Source: Bacteroidia bacterium (GTDB lineage: Bacteria > Bacteroidota > Bacteroidia > M30B66). From it: a stretch of 64,000 bases of DNA. A model generated the notes under the pieces. It had not been told where the DNA came from. It saw nothing but the letters and a program-made list of their open reading frames with translations, and searched no databases. How positions within the stretch are numbered: the stretch's first letter is position 1; each line of letters begins with the position of its first letter. Below are positions 9,042 to 18,944 of this stretch, in pieces. The stretch covers positions 1,120,001 to 1,184,000 of the forward strand of contig OZ257142.1 of NCBI GenBank assembly GCA_965279035.1. The letters run 5' to 3'. The translations under genes were made by a program, and so were the position numbers.

Positions 9042-10358
9042 CAGTACTGTCCGGTTAAAGTTTAAATCAGAAAAAAGGAGCGACCATTTCGATCACTCCT
9101 TTTGTGATTATTTTTGAGTTACGACACACCAAAATAATCATGAGTAAAAGTAAATATTTTACCGGACAGCCGATTTACAGTCAACTCCTTTCTTATCTGC
9201 CTCAGACGAAAGTAAAGAACATAGCTGATGAGCATAACGCTGATAGGTATTATAAGAACTTCAGGACTTATACGCACCTAGTAACGATGCTTTACGCAAT
9301 CTTTAATCGGTGTACAGGTATCCGAGAAGTGACCTCAGGCCTACTTGCCTGGGAAGGCAGGATACAGCATTTAGGAATCAACTACTTTCCCAGAAGGAGC
9401 ACGATTTCAGATGCAAATACCAGTCGACCAGCCGATGTCTTTGAAGATATTTACTACTGGCTTTATGACCGATACAAGCATTTTTTACCGGACAGCCGAA
9501 GTAAAATCGCATCCCGGCTTTATATTGTTGACTCGACAACGATTCAGTTGTTTCAGGAAGTTTTGAAAAATGCCGGTCGTAATCCCGCCGATGGTAAGCG
9601 CAAAGGCGGTATTAAGGTGCATACTTTAATGAGGAGTGATCAAGACGTGCCTTGCTTGATAAGGTTCTCTGCTGGAGCTGGAGCCGACAGCCCATTTCTG
9701 CAGAACATACACCTGCAACGTGGGTCCATTGTGGTGTTTGATCGTGGTTATAATGATTACAAGCAATACAACCGTTTCTCGGAAGAAAATGTCACATGGG
9801 TGACCCGATTACGAAACAACACCGTGATCAAAGTCCTGCGGGAAAAGAAAATTTCAGACAAGGAAAAGCAGAACGGAATTTTGCTCGACCAGATTATAGA
9901 AATGGGCCACACCAAGCACAATAACAATACACGAGTGAAGGCACGTCTTATAAAATATGAGGACAAAAAATCGAAGAGGATATTTGAATTCATAACCAAT
10001 AACAATCAATTCAAACCCTCCTCAATCGCACTGTTTTATAAAAATCGTTGGCAGATCGAATCGCTATTTAAGCGTATCAAACAGAACTATCCGATGCAAA
10101 GCTTCCTTGGAGAGAGCGAAAATGCGATCAAAATCCAAATCTGGTGTGCCCTGATCGCTGACCTTGTCTTAAAAATTGTCAAAGCAAGAGCTGGTAAAAA
10201 CTGGTCGTTTTCAAATCTTGCAGCCATGGTCAGGCTACATTTGATGACCTATATCAACCTTTTTGAATTCCTCATCAATCCTGAAAAATCGCTAATTAGA
10301 AATCAAATTAAATCCTTTCAACTGCCATTGTTCCCTCCATAGGGGGCTTTATTTTAAA
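9042..10358 (+). mobile_element. IS4-family element, copy 1; lacks the last 78 bp including the right IR
   Basis: Starts with IRL cagtactgtccggttaaa. Appears identical to copy 2 up to ...ggctttattttaaa, then switches to the cgtaattatcaatt repeat. Confidence 0.88.
9140..10342 (+). CDS. IS4-family transposase (DUF4372-like N-terminus plus DDE_Tnp_1), copy 1
   Basis: IVDSTTI, VFDRGY and the YREK-type motif YKNRWQIESLFKRIKQ. Likely start ATG 9140. Confidence 0.92.
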   Translation: MSKSKYFTGQPIYSQLLSYLPQTKVKNIADEHNADRYYKNFRTYTHLVTMLYAIFNRCTGIREVTSGLLAWEGRIQHLGINYFPRRSTISDANTSRPADVFEDIYYWLYDRYKHFLPDSRSKIASRLYIVDSTTIQLFQEVLKNAGRNPADGKRKGGIKVHTLMRSDQDVPCLIRFSAGAGADSPFLQNIHLQRGSIVVFDRGYNDYKQYNRFSEENVTWVTRLRNNTVIKVLREKKISDKEKQNGILLDQIIEMGHTKHNNNTRVKARLIKYEDKKSKRIFEFITNNNQFKPSSIALFYKNRWQIESLFKRIKQNYPMQSFLGESENAIKIQIWCALIADLVLKIVKARAGKNWSFSNLAAMVRLHLMTYINLFEFLINPEKSLIRNQIKSFQLPLFPP

Positions 10359-10401
10359 CGTAATTATCAATTCGTAATTATCGTAATTATCAATTCGTAA
10401 T
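10359..10401. repeat. cgtaattatcaatt repeat forming the junction between the two IS4 copies
   Basis: cgtaattatcaatt cgtaattat cgtaattatcaatt cgtaat. Confidence 0.85.
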
Positions 10402-11796
10402 CAGTACTGTCCGGTTAAAGTTTAAATCAGAAAAAAGGAGCGACCATTTCGATCACTCCTTTTGTGATTATTTTTGAGTTACGACACACCAAAATAATCA
10501 TGAGTAAAAGTAAATATTTTACCGGACAGCCGATTTACAGTCAACTCCTTTCTTATCTGCCTCAGACGAAAGTAAAGAACATAGCTGATGAGCATAACGC
10601 TGATAGGTATTATAAGAACTTCAGGACTTATACGCACCTAGTAACGATGCTTTACGCAATCTTTAATCGGTGTACAGGTATCCGAGAAGTGACCTCAGGC
10701 CTACTTGCCTGGGAAGGCAGGATACAGCATTTAGGAATCAACTACTTTCCCAGAAGGAGCACGATTTCAGATGCAAATACCAGTCGACCAGCCGATGTCT
10801 TTGAAGATATTTACTACTGGCTTTATGACCGATACAAGCATTTTTTACCGGACAGCCGAAGTAAAATCGCATCCCGGCTTTATATTGTTGACTCGACAAC
10901 GATTCAGTTGTTTCAGGAAGTTTTGAAAAATGCCGGTCGTAATCCCGCCGATGGTAAGCGCAAAGGCGGTATTAAGGTGCATACTTTAATGAGGAGTGAT
11001 CAAGACGTGCCTTGCTTGATAAGGTTCTCTGCTGGAGCTGGAGCCGACAGCCCATTTCTGCAGAACATACACCTGCAACGTGGGTCCATTGTGGTGTTTG
11101 ATCGTGGTTATAATGATTACAAGCAATACAACCGTTTCTCGGAAGAAAATGTCACATGGGTGACCCGATTACGAAACAACACCGTGATCAAAGTCCTGCG
11201 GGAAAAGAAAATTTCAGACAAGGAAAAGCAGAACGGAATTTTGCTCGACCAGATTATAGAAATGGGCCACACCAAGCACAATAACAATACACGAGTGAAG
11301 GCACGTCTTATAAAATATGAGGACAAAAAATCGAAGAGGATATTTGAATTCATAACCAATAACAATCAATTCAAACCCTCCTCAATCGCACTGTTTTATA
11401 AAAATCGTTGGCAGATCGAATCGCTATTTAAGCGTATCAAACAGAACTATCCGATGCAAAGCTTCCTTGGAGAGAGCGAAAATGCGATCAAAATCCAAAT
11501 CTGGTGTGCCCTGATCGCTGACCTTGTCTTAAAAATTGTCAAAGCAAGAGCTGGTAAAAACTGGTCGTTTTCAAATCTTGCAGCCATGGTCAGGCTACAT
11601 TTGATGACCTATATCAACCTTTTTGAATTCCTCATCAATCCTGAAAAATCGCTAATTAGAAATCAAATTAAATCCTTTCAACTGCCATTGTTCCCTCCAT
11701 AGGGGGCTTTATTTTAAATAAATACCATCAACACCCGCATTTACTGCAACTACAGAAGGTAAATCATGCAATCTCAATTTTAACCGGACAGTACTG
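10402..11796 (+). mobile_element. IS4-family element, copy 2, complete (1395 bp)
   Basis: Perfect 18-bp terminal IRs cagtactgtccggttaaa / tttaaccggacagtactg. 9-bp TSD ATTCGTAAT at 10393-10401 (also 9033-9041) and 11797-11805. Confidence 0.95.
10500..11702 (+). CDS. IS4-family transposase, copy 2
   Basis: Protein identical to copy 1, offset by 1360 bp. Confidence 0.92.
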   Translation: MSKSKYFTGQPIYSQLLSYLPQTKVKNIADEHNADRYYKNFRTYTHLVTMLYAIFNRCTGIREVTSGLLAWEGRIQHLGINYFPRRSTISDANTSRPADVFEDIYYWLYDRYKHFLPDSRSKIASRLYIVDSTTIQLFQEVLKNAGRNPADGKRKGGIKVHTLMRSDQDVPCLIRFSAGAGADSPFLQNIHLQRGSIVVFDRGYNDYKQYNRFSEENVTWVTRLRNNTVIKVLREKKISDKEKQNGILLDQIIEMGHTKHNNNTRVKARLIKYEDKKSKRIFEFITNNNQFKPSSIALFYKNRWQIESLFKRIKQNYPMQSFLGESENAIKIQIWCALIADLVLKIVKARAGKNWSFSNLAAMVRLHLMTYINLFEFLINPEKSLIRNQIKSFQLPLFPP

Positions 11797-12711
11797 ATTC
11801 GTAATTATCTCCCACACCATTGCAGATCGATCATCACTTCCCGAAATTAGGTAGTTTTTATAGCTTGACCAATGCAGGGAATTTACCGAATTGATGTGTC
11901 CTTGAAATTGAGCGGTGTCGATTCGAAGCAGGAATTCGCAGGTGTTCGCGTCCCAAATTTTGATGGTTTTATCGCGACTTCCCGTTGCAAACAATTCTCC
12001 ATCAGGATGAAATACGATTGAATAGATGGCGTAGTTATGAGCAGGAATACTTTGTACTAGTGAAAAATCATCATTCAAATCCCAAACGTTTAAATGGGCC
12101 TCTTTTGAACCACTTAATAGCCATCTCCCATTGGGATGAAAACAAAGTGCATTCACCGACATTGTATGTGCTTCCCAAGCATGAATGATTTGAAGCGATT
12201 TGCTGCTCAATATTCGAATCTGATTATCACCACAACCAATAGCAATGATACCCGTTGTTTGGGAATATTCGATCGTTCTAATTTTTACTTCGCATAACTG
12301 AACCGAATGAATGCATTGGAAATCATGTACATTCCACACTACAAAATGTCCATCTCCACCGCAACTATATACTTGCTCTGTAAAAGGATTCCAACACAAA
12401 TCATAAACACCTTTGGTATGACCTAATAGGTAGCGTACTTCTGCTTTTTTAATTAAATCAATCACATGAATTCCGCCTTGGTCATTTCCCACCAAAAGCA
12501 AATGAAATTCTGGAATATAGCAAGTACAATAAATCACTCCCGGAGTGTGAGCAAGAACATGCATGGGCTTGAACGTATCGAGCGACCATTCAACAACCAG
12601 TTTATCGCTTCCTGCCGAAAGAAAAGCATTGTTTTCAGGTGCCTGATTCACTGTATAAACAGCACCATCGTGACCTTTTAATTGCTCTATTTTCTTAGCA
12701 AGGATTTTCAT
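11764..12711 (-). CDS. WD40-repeat beta-propeller protein; last 10 residues are IS-derived
   Basis: Repeated GH/AH...WD units, e.g. AHNYAIYSIVFHPDGELFATGSRDKTIKIWD. Confidence 0.92.
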   Translation of the reverse strand: MKILAKKIEQLKGHDGAVYTVNQAPENNAFLSAGSDKLVVEWSLDTFKPMHVLAHTPGVIYCTCYIPEFHLLLVGNDQGGIHVIDLIKKAEVRYLLGHTKGVYDLCWNPFTEQVYSCGGDGHFVVWNVHDFQCIHSVQLCEVKIRTIEYSQTTGIIAIGCGDNQIRILSSKSLQIIHAWEAHTMSVNALCFHPNGRWLLSGSKEAHLNVWDLNDDFSLVQSIPAHNYAIYSIVFHPDGELFATGSRDKTIKIWDANTCEFLLRIDTAQFQGHINSVNSLHWSSYKNYLISGSDDRSAMVWEIITNQYCPVKIEIA

Positions 12712-12715
12712 GAAG

Positions 12716-12723
12716 CAAAGGTA
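12716..12723 (-). promoter_or_regulatory. Bacteroidota sigma-A -7 element (TACCTTTG) of the WD40 gene
   Basis: Matches the TAnnTTTG consensus and ends 4 nt before the ATG. Confidence 0.6.
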
Positions 12724-12840
12724 GGCCGAAATTGAAGAGTATTGATTGTATTGCTATGCAGGTTTGTTGTCATTTTGTCACCTTTCTCTTGCTGGCACCT
12801 GCTTTGAAAACGCCGCGCTACCAATACTAAACACCGAATT

Positions 12841-14655
12841 ATGTCAAGCGGAAAAATCAACGTAAACACCGAAAACATTTTCCCCATTATTAAAAAATTC
12901 CTGTATTCTGATCATGAGATCTTTTTACGGGAATTAGTTTCTAATGCCGTAGATGCAAGCATGAAACTTCGCACATTATCGGCAACTGGCGAGGCTAAAG
13001 GCGAACTAGGCGATCTCAAAATTGATGTTCGCATAGATGCTGAAAAGAAAACGCTTACCATTTCCGACAAAGGTCTTGGTATGACTGCCGAAGAAATTGA
13101 TAAATACATCAATCAAATTGCCTTTTCAGGTGCCGAAGAATTCGTTGCGAAATACAAAGACAAACCAGAAGCAAATGCCATTATCGGACATTTTGGTCTT
13201 GGATTTTATTCCTCTTTCATGGTGGCTGCCAATGTCGAAATTGTTTCTAAATCGTTTCAAGATGGTGCCGAAGCTGTTCGTTGGGAATGCGATGGAAGTC
13301 CTGATTTTACTTTAACAACGGTTGAAAAAGAAGAACGAGGAACTGATATCATTCTTCATATTGCAGAAGATTCTCTCGAATTTCTCGAAACTGCACGCAT
13401 TCAAACCCTTCTCAATAAATACTGCAAGTTTTTACCAATTCCCATTTGGTTTAACGAAGAGCAAATCAACAACGTTAAACCAGCATGGACGCTTAAGCCA
13501 GCCGATTTAACTGACGAAGATTATAAAGCGTTCTACAAAGAACTTTATCCATACGCCGAAGATCCATTGTTCCACATTCATTTGAATGTTGATTATCCCT
13601 TCAACTTAACGGGGATTTTATATTTCCCTCGCTTGAAGAAAAACTTCGAGATGCAGAAAAATAAAATCCAGCTTTATAGCAATCAGGTATTTGTTACCGA
13701 TTCGGTGGAAGGAATTGTTCCTGACTTCCTCACTTTGCTTCATGGAGTTCTCGATTCACCGGATATTCCATTAAATGTTTCCCGCTCGTATTTACAAAGT
13801 GATGGAAATGTGAAGAAGATTAGCAGTCACATCACTAAGAAAGTAGCTGATAAATTAGAAGACTTATTCAAAACGAATCGTGAAGATTTCGAGGCAAAAT
13901 GGGATGACATCCGCATGTTTATCCAATACGGAATGTTGAGCGATGATAAATTCGGGGAGCGTGCTTTGAAATTCAATCTGCTTAAAAATGTAGAAGGAAA
14001 AAGCTTTACGCATGATGAGTATTTAGATCATGTTCGTCCTTTGCAAACCGATAAAGACGAGAACTTGATTTTGCTTTATGCTGCCAATAAATCGGAGCAA
14101 CATACATTTATCGATGCTGCAATAAATCGTGGTTATGACGTATTGTTGATGGATAGTCCTTTGGATTCTCATCTGGTGAATATGCTCGAAAGCAAATTGG
14201 AGAAAGTTCGTTTTGTTCGAGTGGATGCAGACACTGTCGATAAACTGATTGTGAAAGAGGAACCGCTTCCTTCAAAACTAACTGAAGAAGAACAGGAACG
14301 TCTTAAACCACTAGTAGAAAAGCAAGTGGAAGGAAAAATGTTAAACGTTCAACTTCAATCCATGAGCGAAACCGATGTGCCCGTTTTAATTACTCGCCCT
14401 GAGTTTATGCGTCGTATGAAAGACATGGCTCAAGTTGGTGGCGGAAATCCATTCATGGCCGATATGCCCGACAGCGCTAACCTTGTTATCAATACTAACC
14501 ATCCTTTGATTGGCCGTATTTTGTCGACTGAAAATGCAGATAAACAAGCCAACCTTATTCAACAAGCAACCGATTTAGCTTTGCTTGCTCAAAACATGTT
14601 GAAGGGTGAAGAATTAACTCGATTTATTCGCCGAAGTGTTGAACTGATCGACTAA
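12841..14655 (+). CDS. htpG: Molecular chaperone HtpG (Hsp90)
   Basis: LYSDHEIFLRELVSNAVDA, IGHFGLGFYSSF, DIPLNVSRSYLQ. Confidence 0.97.
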   Translation: MSSGKINVNTENIFPIIKKFLYSDHEIFLRELVSNAVDASMKLRTLSATGEAKGELGDLKIDVRIDAEKKTLTISDKGLGMTAEEIDKYINQIAFSGAEEFVAKYKDKPEANAIIGHFGLGFYSSFMVAANVEIVSKSFQDGAEAVRWECDGSPDFTLTTVEKEERGTDIILHIAEDSLEFLETARIQTLLNKYCKFLPIPIWFNEEQINNVKPAWTLKPADLTDEDYKAFYKELYPYAEDPLFHIHLNVDYPFNLTGILYFPRLKKNFEMQKNKIQLYSNQVFVTDSVEGIVPDFLTLLHGVLDSPDIPLNVSRSYLQSDGNVKKISSHITKKVADKLEDLFKTNREDFEAKWDDIRMFIQYGMLSDDKFGERALKFNLLKNVEGKSFTHDEYLDHVRPLQTDKDENLILLYAANKSEQHTFIDAAINRGYDVLLMDSPLDSHLVNMLESKLEKVRFVRVDADTVDKLIVKEEPLPSKLTEEEQERLKPLVEKQVEGKMLNVQLQSMSETDVPVLITRPEFMRRMKDMAQVGGGNPFMADMPDSANLVINTNHPLIGRILSTENADKQANLIQQATDLALLAQNMLKGEELTRFIRRSVELID

Positions 14656-14672
14656 TCTCAATTATTTATTTT

Positions 14673-14717
14673 GAAAGCCCAGTAGAATATACATCATTCT
14701 GCTGGGCTTTCTTTTTT
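14673..14717 (+). terminator. Intrinsic terminator after htpG
   Basis: gaaagcccagtagaat...attctgctgggctttc followed by a T-run. Confidence 0.8.
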
Positions 14718-14772
14718 GGGATTTTCTCTCGGTGCAATTGGATTTTTGTATTTTGCTCCTTCAACCTACGCC

Positions 14773-15642
14773 ATGAAACAAACTTTTACGTTTTTCTTCA
14801 TCCTATTTCAATTGCTGCTTAATGCGCAAACTCCTTCAAACGAAACTCAACCAGCTGTAAAACCCAAATTATTAAATCAAGCAGATTATCAGTTCGGTGT
14901 TTTTTTCAATGCCTATTCACCTGTATTAACCGATTATTCAACCTTGAAATCGATTGCTGTTAATCCAGCAGAATTAAATCTTCCAGCCAATATCGATTCG
15001 TTTACACGTCGCCCCGACAGTCAAGAAGGAAGTCAAGGAACGGCCATGATAGTATTGTCAACCTCTTTTTCTCCATATAGTAAATCGAAAGAGCGAGTAA
15101 ATCGTCAGCACGCATTTCGTGTTGGACTTTCATTTCGGGATGTGAATACGTATGAAAGTTCATACAATTATTCAATCAACATAAACGATAGCACAACGAA
15201 ATCTCGAGATTATTTTGTCAATGGAAATCAAAAGTTTCTTGGTTTAGAAACCATGTACACTATCAGTTCTGATGATGAAAAACCCGTAAATGTTTACATC
15301 GGATTAGGACTTTCTGCTGGATATTCCATAGCATCCACTTTAGAAGTGAATTCCAACTTGAATACTATATTGAAACAGTTTGATGGAAATAGTCAAACTC
15401 AATTCACTCCCAATAGCTCAATCATTAAAGGGAAAAATGCACTTTATACAGGCGTGTTTATTCCTGCAGGAGTGCATGTTCGAGTAAGGAAAAATTTAGG
15501 TGCTTTAGCGGAATTCCGATATGGAATGTATTCAACTGCAATATCTGGAGGAGGTCCTAAATACTCAAGAAACTCAGTATTTGCTGGTATAGGAATTCGT
15601 TATACGTTTGGTGTGTTCGAAGACAGAAAACCTATCTATTAA
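14773..15642 (+). CDS. Putative outer-membrane beta-barrel protein
   Basis: Signal peptide from ATG 14773, amphipathic strands, and GIGIRYTF near the C-terminus. Confidence 0.65.
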   Translation: MKQTFTFFFILFQLLLNAQTPSNETQPAVKPKLLNQADYQFGVFFNAYSPVLTDYSTLKSIAVNPAELNLPANIDSFTRRPDSQEGSQGTAMIVLSTSFSPYSKSKERVNRQHAFRVGLSFRDVNTYESSYNYSININDSTTKSRDYFVNGNQKFLGLETMYTISSDDEKPVNVYIGLGLSAGYSIASTLEVNSNLNTILKQFDGNSQTQFTPNSSIIKGKNALYTGVFIPAGVHVRVRKNLGALAEFRYGMYSTAISGGGPKYSRNSVFAGIGIRYTFGVFEDRKPIY

Positions 15643-15657
15643 TCGTGAAAGAAAGTT

Positions 15658-15897
15658 TTAGTTTGCTTTCCCTTTCCAATTACGGTAAACCATAAATCCA
15701 ATTCCACCTAAAACAAGGTAGGGGATAGACATCAGGTATAGAATGCCTGTGTTTAATCCTCGTCCTACGGTTTTACCACCGTTTTCAATATTCGACTCTA
15801 CAGTTGCTTTACAAATTGCACATTGAGCAGCGGCAGGTTCTTGCATGAGAAAAAATACAAGAACAAGAAATACGAGTATTGATTGAATTTTTTTCAT
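15658..15897 (-). CDS. Small conserved membrane protein of the cox cluster (AQCxxC motif)
   Basis: AQCAICKA...GLNTGILYLM plus a TM helix; last gene of the oxidase accessory operon. Confidence 0.7.
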   Translation of the reverse strand: MKKIQSILVFLVLVFFLMQEPAAAQCAICKATVESNIENGGKTVGRGLNTGILYLMSIPYLVLGGIGFMVYRNWKGKAN

Positions 15898-15908
15898 GTT
15901 GATCGAAA

Positions 15909-16451
15909 TCACTGAGGGTAATAAGGTGCAATCATCAAGTAAACAACAACTCCTGTGAAAGTAATATAAAGCCAGATCGGAAGTGTGATGCGTGCTATTT
16001 TACGATGCTTGTCAAATTTTTCCGACAGAGCTCTTACATAGGAAATGAGCACAAGTGGAATAATGGCAATTGATAGTAAAATGTGTGAAGCCAAGACAAA
16101 GTAATAGGTGTAAAGCAAAGCTCCACTTCCCGGATGACGCGTAGTTTCGGTTGATAAATGAAATACAACGTAGAATACCAAAAATAACAATGACAAAGCG
16201 ATGGCAGAAGTCATCAAAATGCGGTGAAGCGGGATGTTTTTATTCTTTATGGCAATCAATCCGAAGAATAGAACAAAGAATGTTGTCCCGTTGATAATAG
16301 CGTTTAACAAAGGGAATATATAATAATTGAATTCTCCCAGAATTTCCATTTTAGGAGCTACAGCCAAAATACCTACAACAAGAGGAATGGCAACGCCTGC
16401 AGCAATAATCCAAGGCAGGAATTTTTTTTCTTTTGAAGCAACAATTTCCAT
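15909..16451 (-). CDS. DUF420 (CtaM/YozB-like) membrane protein
   Basis: LNAIING...HRILM...SHILLS...HRKIARITLPIWLY. Confidence 0.88.
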   Translation of the reverse strand: MEIVASKEKKFLPWIIAAGVAIPLVVGILAVAPKMEILGEFNYYIFPLLNAIINGTTFFVLFFGLIAIKNKNIPLHRILMTSAIALSLLFLVFYVVFHLSTETTRHPGSGALLYTYYFVLASHILLSIAIIPLVLISYVRALSEKFDKHRKIARITLPIWLYITFTGVVVYLMIAPYYPQ

Positions 16452-17128
16452 TATCGAATTGGATTCACGTTTTCTTTTTTTGCCAGATTGTATTCGGCAA
16501 TCAACACTTTAATTTCATCAATCAATCGTTTCACATCCTTCATGCTGGTTCCTTCATAAATTCCACGAATATGTTTATCGCGGTCAATGAGAAGCATCAT
16601 ATCGCTATGAAGAAATCCACCCGGTGCAGTAGGGTCTTCCATTGCATTAACCAAAAAGCCTTGATAAGCTAAATCGTAAATTACTTTTTTATCACCTGTG
16701 AGGAAATACCATTTTCCAGGAATAGCTTTGATTTTATTGGAATATTCTTTTAATGCTGCAACAGAATCTTTTGCAGGATCAACAGTGAAAGAAACCAATT
16801 TAAAATCGTTTAGTTTTTTAAAATCGTCTTCGTCCTGAACTTTCTTCATCAAGGTTTGCATTGCTGGACAAATGCTCGGGCACGAAGTGAAAAAGAAATT
16901 GGCGACATAGATCTTGCCTTGAAGATCTTTGTCGCCAAAAAGTTTCCCATCTTGATCAGTAAACTGAAAAGGTGGTATGCTGTGATATGTTGTGTCTCCT
17001 TCTTTCACTCCTGGAATCTTCTCACCGAAGTATCCAAGTTTCTTGATGTTGTGTTTTCCTGTTGTAAGCACTAGGTATGCAACCGAGGGCACTAACAAGA
17101 TCATCAGAAGGATGACTATTTTTTTCAC
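16451..17128 (-). CDS. SCO family copper chaperone
   Basis: FFFTSCPSICP, SFTVDP and LHSD motifs. Confidence 0.92.
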   Translation of the reverse strand: MKKIVILLMILLVPSVAYLVLTTGKHNIKKLGYFGEKIPGVKEGDTTYHSIPPFQFTDQDGKLFGDKDLQGKIYVANFFFTSCPSICPAMQTLMKKVQDEDDFKKLNDFKLVSFTVDPAKDSVAALKEYSNKIKAIPGKWYFLTGDKKVIYDLAYQGFLVNAMEDPTAPGGFLHSDMMLLIDRDKHIRGIYEGTSMKDVKRLIDEIKVLIAEYNLAKKENVNPIR

Positions 17129-17129
17129 G

Positions 17130-17513
17130 TTATTTCAATAAGGCCTGAAAGTATTGTAGGATGTGTTCTCCTTCGTAAAGAGCAATAAAAATCAGGTAAA
17201 CAACTAACACCATCGGCAACAGAATTGTTGTACGAAGATTTTTACGTTCATCTCCCAAGTGCATAAACACTAATACAATGTATCCAGCTTTAATTAATGT
17301 TAAAACGATATACATCCATTTGATAAGTGTCCAAGTGCTTGCACTCACATGTGATTGAGAAAAGAAGATCCCAATCGCAACTTCAAAAATGGTGATGGCA
17401 GAAAGCAAGAGTGTTACAAAAATAATTTTCTTGCGAACAGCACGACTTTGTTCTGGTGTACGAGCACCATGTCCGGCACTGTATTCGAATGATTGATCAA
17501 CAGATTGTTCCAT
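17130..17513 (-). CDS. Cytochrome c oxidase subunit IV family protein
   Basis: Three TM helices; KAGYIVLVFMHL. Likely start ATG 17513. Confidence 0.85.
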   Translation of the reverse strand: MEQSVDQSFEYSAGHGARTPEQSRAVRKKIIFVTLLLSAITIFEVAIGIFFSQSHVSASTWTLIKWMYIVLTLIKAGYIVLVFMHLGDERKNLRTTILLPMVLVVYLIFIALYEGEHILQYFQALLK

Positions 17514-17533
17514 AGCAGCGTTGAATATTTTGA

Positions 17534-18256
17534 TCAGAGCAGGTAGAAAAATGTAAATACGAAAACCCAAACAAGGTCTACAAAGTGCCAGTAAAGACCT
17601 GCTTTTTCAACCATTTCATAGTGTCCTCGTTTTTCGAATTCGCCATCAGCAGCTTGTTTTAAGATGATGGCATTAATCACAACACCTGAAAATACATGGA
17701 AACCATGGAATCCAGTAATGAAGAAAAAGAAGTCGGCAAATTGAGTATGTCCGTATTCGTTGTATTGAAGATTCGCACCTTGAACAAGAACGTCAGTTGG
17801 AACACCATCAACAATCACATTTTTCATCACACCTTCACCACCAACGATGAATGTATACCACTCCCATGCTTGTGAACCAAGGAATATTAAACCACCAACA
17901 ACAGTAAGTGCTAACCAAAATACCACACCTTTTTTATTGTTGGTATGACCAGCATCAACAGCAAGAACCATTGTTACGCTGGAAATAATCAAAATAAACG
18001 TCATCATCCCTACATAAAGCAAAGGAAGATGAGCATGTGTAAATGGAAAGTGATGAAATACTTTCTCAACCAAAGGCCAACTTTCGGCATGCACGTGACG
18101 CGCATAACCTAAAGCAATCAGTAATGAAGAAAATGAAAAGGCATCTGAGAGTAGGAAAAACCACATCATCAGTTTTCCGTAACTCGCGCCAAAAGGAGAA
18201 GTGCCTCCTCCCCATAATTGTTTCGATGGAATTTCGACCGTTGCTGAATGAGCCAT
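17534..18256 (-). CDS. Cytochrome c oxidase subunit III family protein (second copy)
   Basis: MMWFFLLSD, TGFHGFHV, GLYWHFVDLVW. Confidence 0.92.
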   Translation of the reverse strand: MAHSATVEIPSKQLWGGGTSPFGASYGKLMMWFFLLSDAFSFSSLLIALGYARHVHAESWPLVEKVFHHFPFTHAHLPLLYVGMMTFILIISSVTMVLAVDAGHTNNKKGVVFWLALTVVGGLIFLGSQAWEWYTFIVGGEGVMKNVIVDGVPTDVLVQGANLQYNEYGHTQFADFFFFITGFHGFHVFSGVVINAIILKQAADGEFEKRGHYEMVEKAGLYWHFVDLVWVFVFTFFYLL

Positions 18257-18347
18257 ATCTTGATTCAGAATTTTGCTGCAAGTTTACCCAAAAAAATCAT
18301 TTGAGAATCGCCTTTACGCAGGAAATCGTATTCAGTTTAATTTTTTT

Positions 18348-18935
18348 TTACTGCATGAGGAGTAAAAACACAAAAAGATACACCCAAAGTCCATCGAGAA
18401 AATGCCAGAAAATGCCGCAATGACGAACTCCTGCATAGTTTTGTGAAGTGTATTTTTTATTTAGAGAATTATAAAAAATAACAGAGGCATAAAGAATAGC
18501 AGAAATTATATGGGCTAAGTGAACACCCGATAAAATATACATGAAACTACCTGCCGGATTTGCCGATTTCCCTGCAAAATATACTCCTCCATGAGTTAGC
18601 TCTCTCCAACCTAAAATTTGTGTAATACAAAATGCAATTCCTAAGGCAATGGTAATTCCTAAGGCAAGTGTTACTTGACTAGTTTGGTTTTTCTTAGCTA
18701 AAATCAAAGCCCAATTGATGCTTGCACTTGATGCTAAAATAATTCCTGTGCTAATCCAAAACATGGTAGGTAAAGTGAACTGAAGCCAATTACCATCTGC
18801 TTGTCGCACGATATAAGCTGATGTAAGTCCAGCAAACAACATCACACTGCTAAATATTCCTATATAAAGCATGTTTCTGTTTACTTTTTCTCTTAACTCA
18901 GCTTCTTCGCGCTTTGATTCCGATAGTGTATTCAT
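18348..18935 (-). CDS. Cytochrome c oxidase subunit III family protein (first copy)
   Basis: MLFAGLTSAY, SGVHLAH, FWHFLDGLW. Confidence 0.9.
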   Translation of the reverse strand: MNTLSESKREEAELREKVNRNMLYIGIFSSVMLFAGLTSAYIVRQADGNWLQFTLPTMFWISTGIILASSASINWALILAKKNQTSQVTLALGITIALGIAFCITQILGWRELTHGGVYFAGKSANPAGSFMYILSGVHLAHIISAILYASVIFYNSLNKKYTSQNYAGVRHCGIFWHFLDGLWVYLFVFLLLMQ

Positions 18936-18944
18936 CGAGGGTGT

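Noticed and set aside
9001-10401. cgtaattatcaatt tracts or the TGAAACA array as a CRISPR array
   Set aside because: Units are 7-14 bp with no ~30-bp unique spacers, and no cas genes are present.
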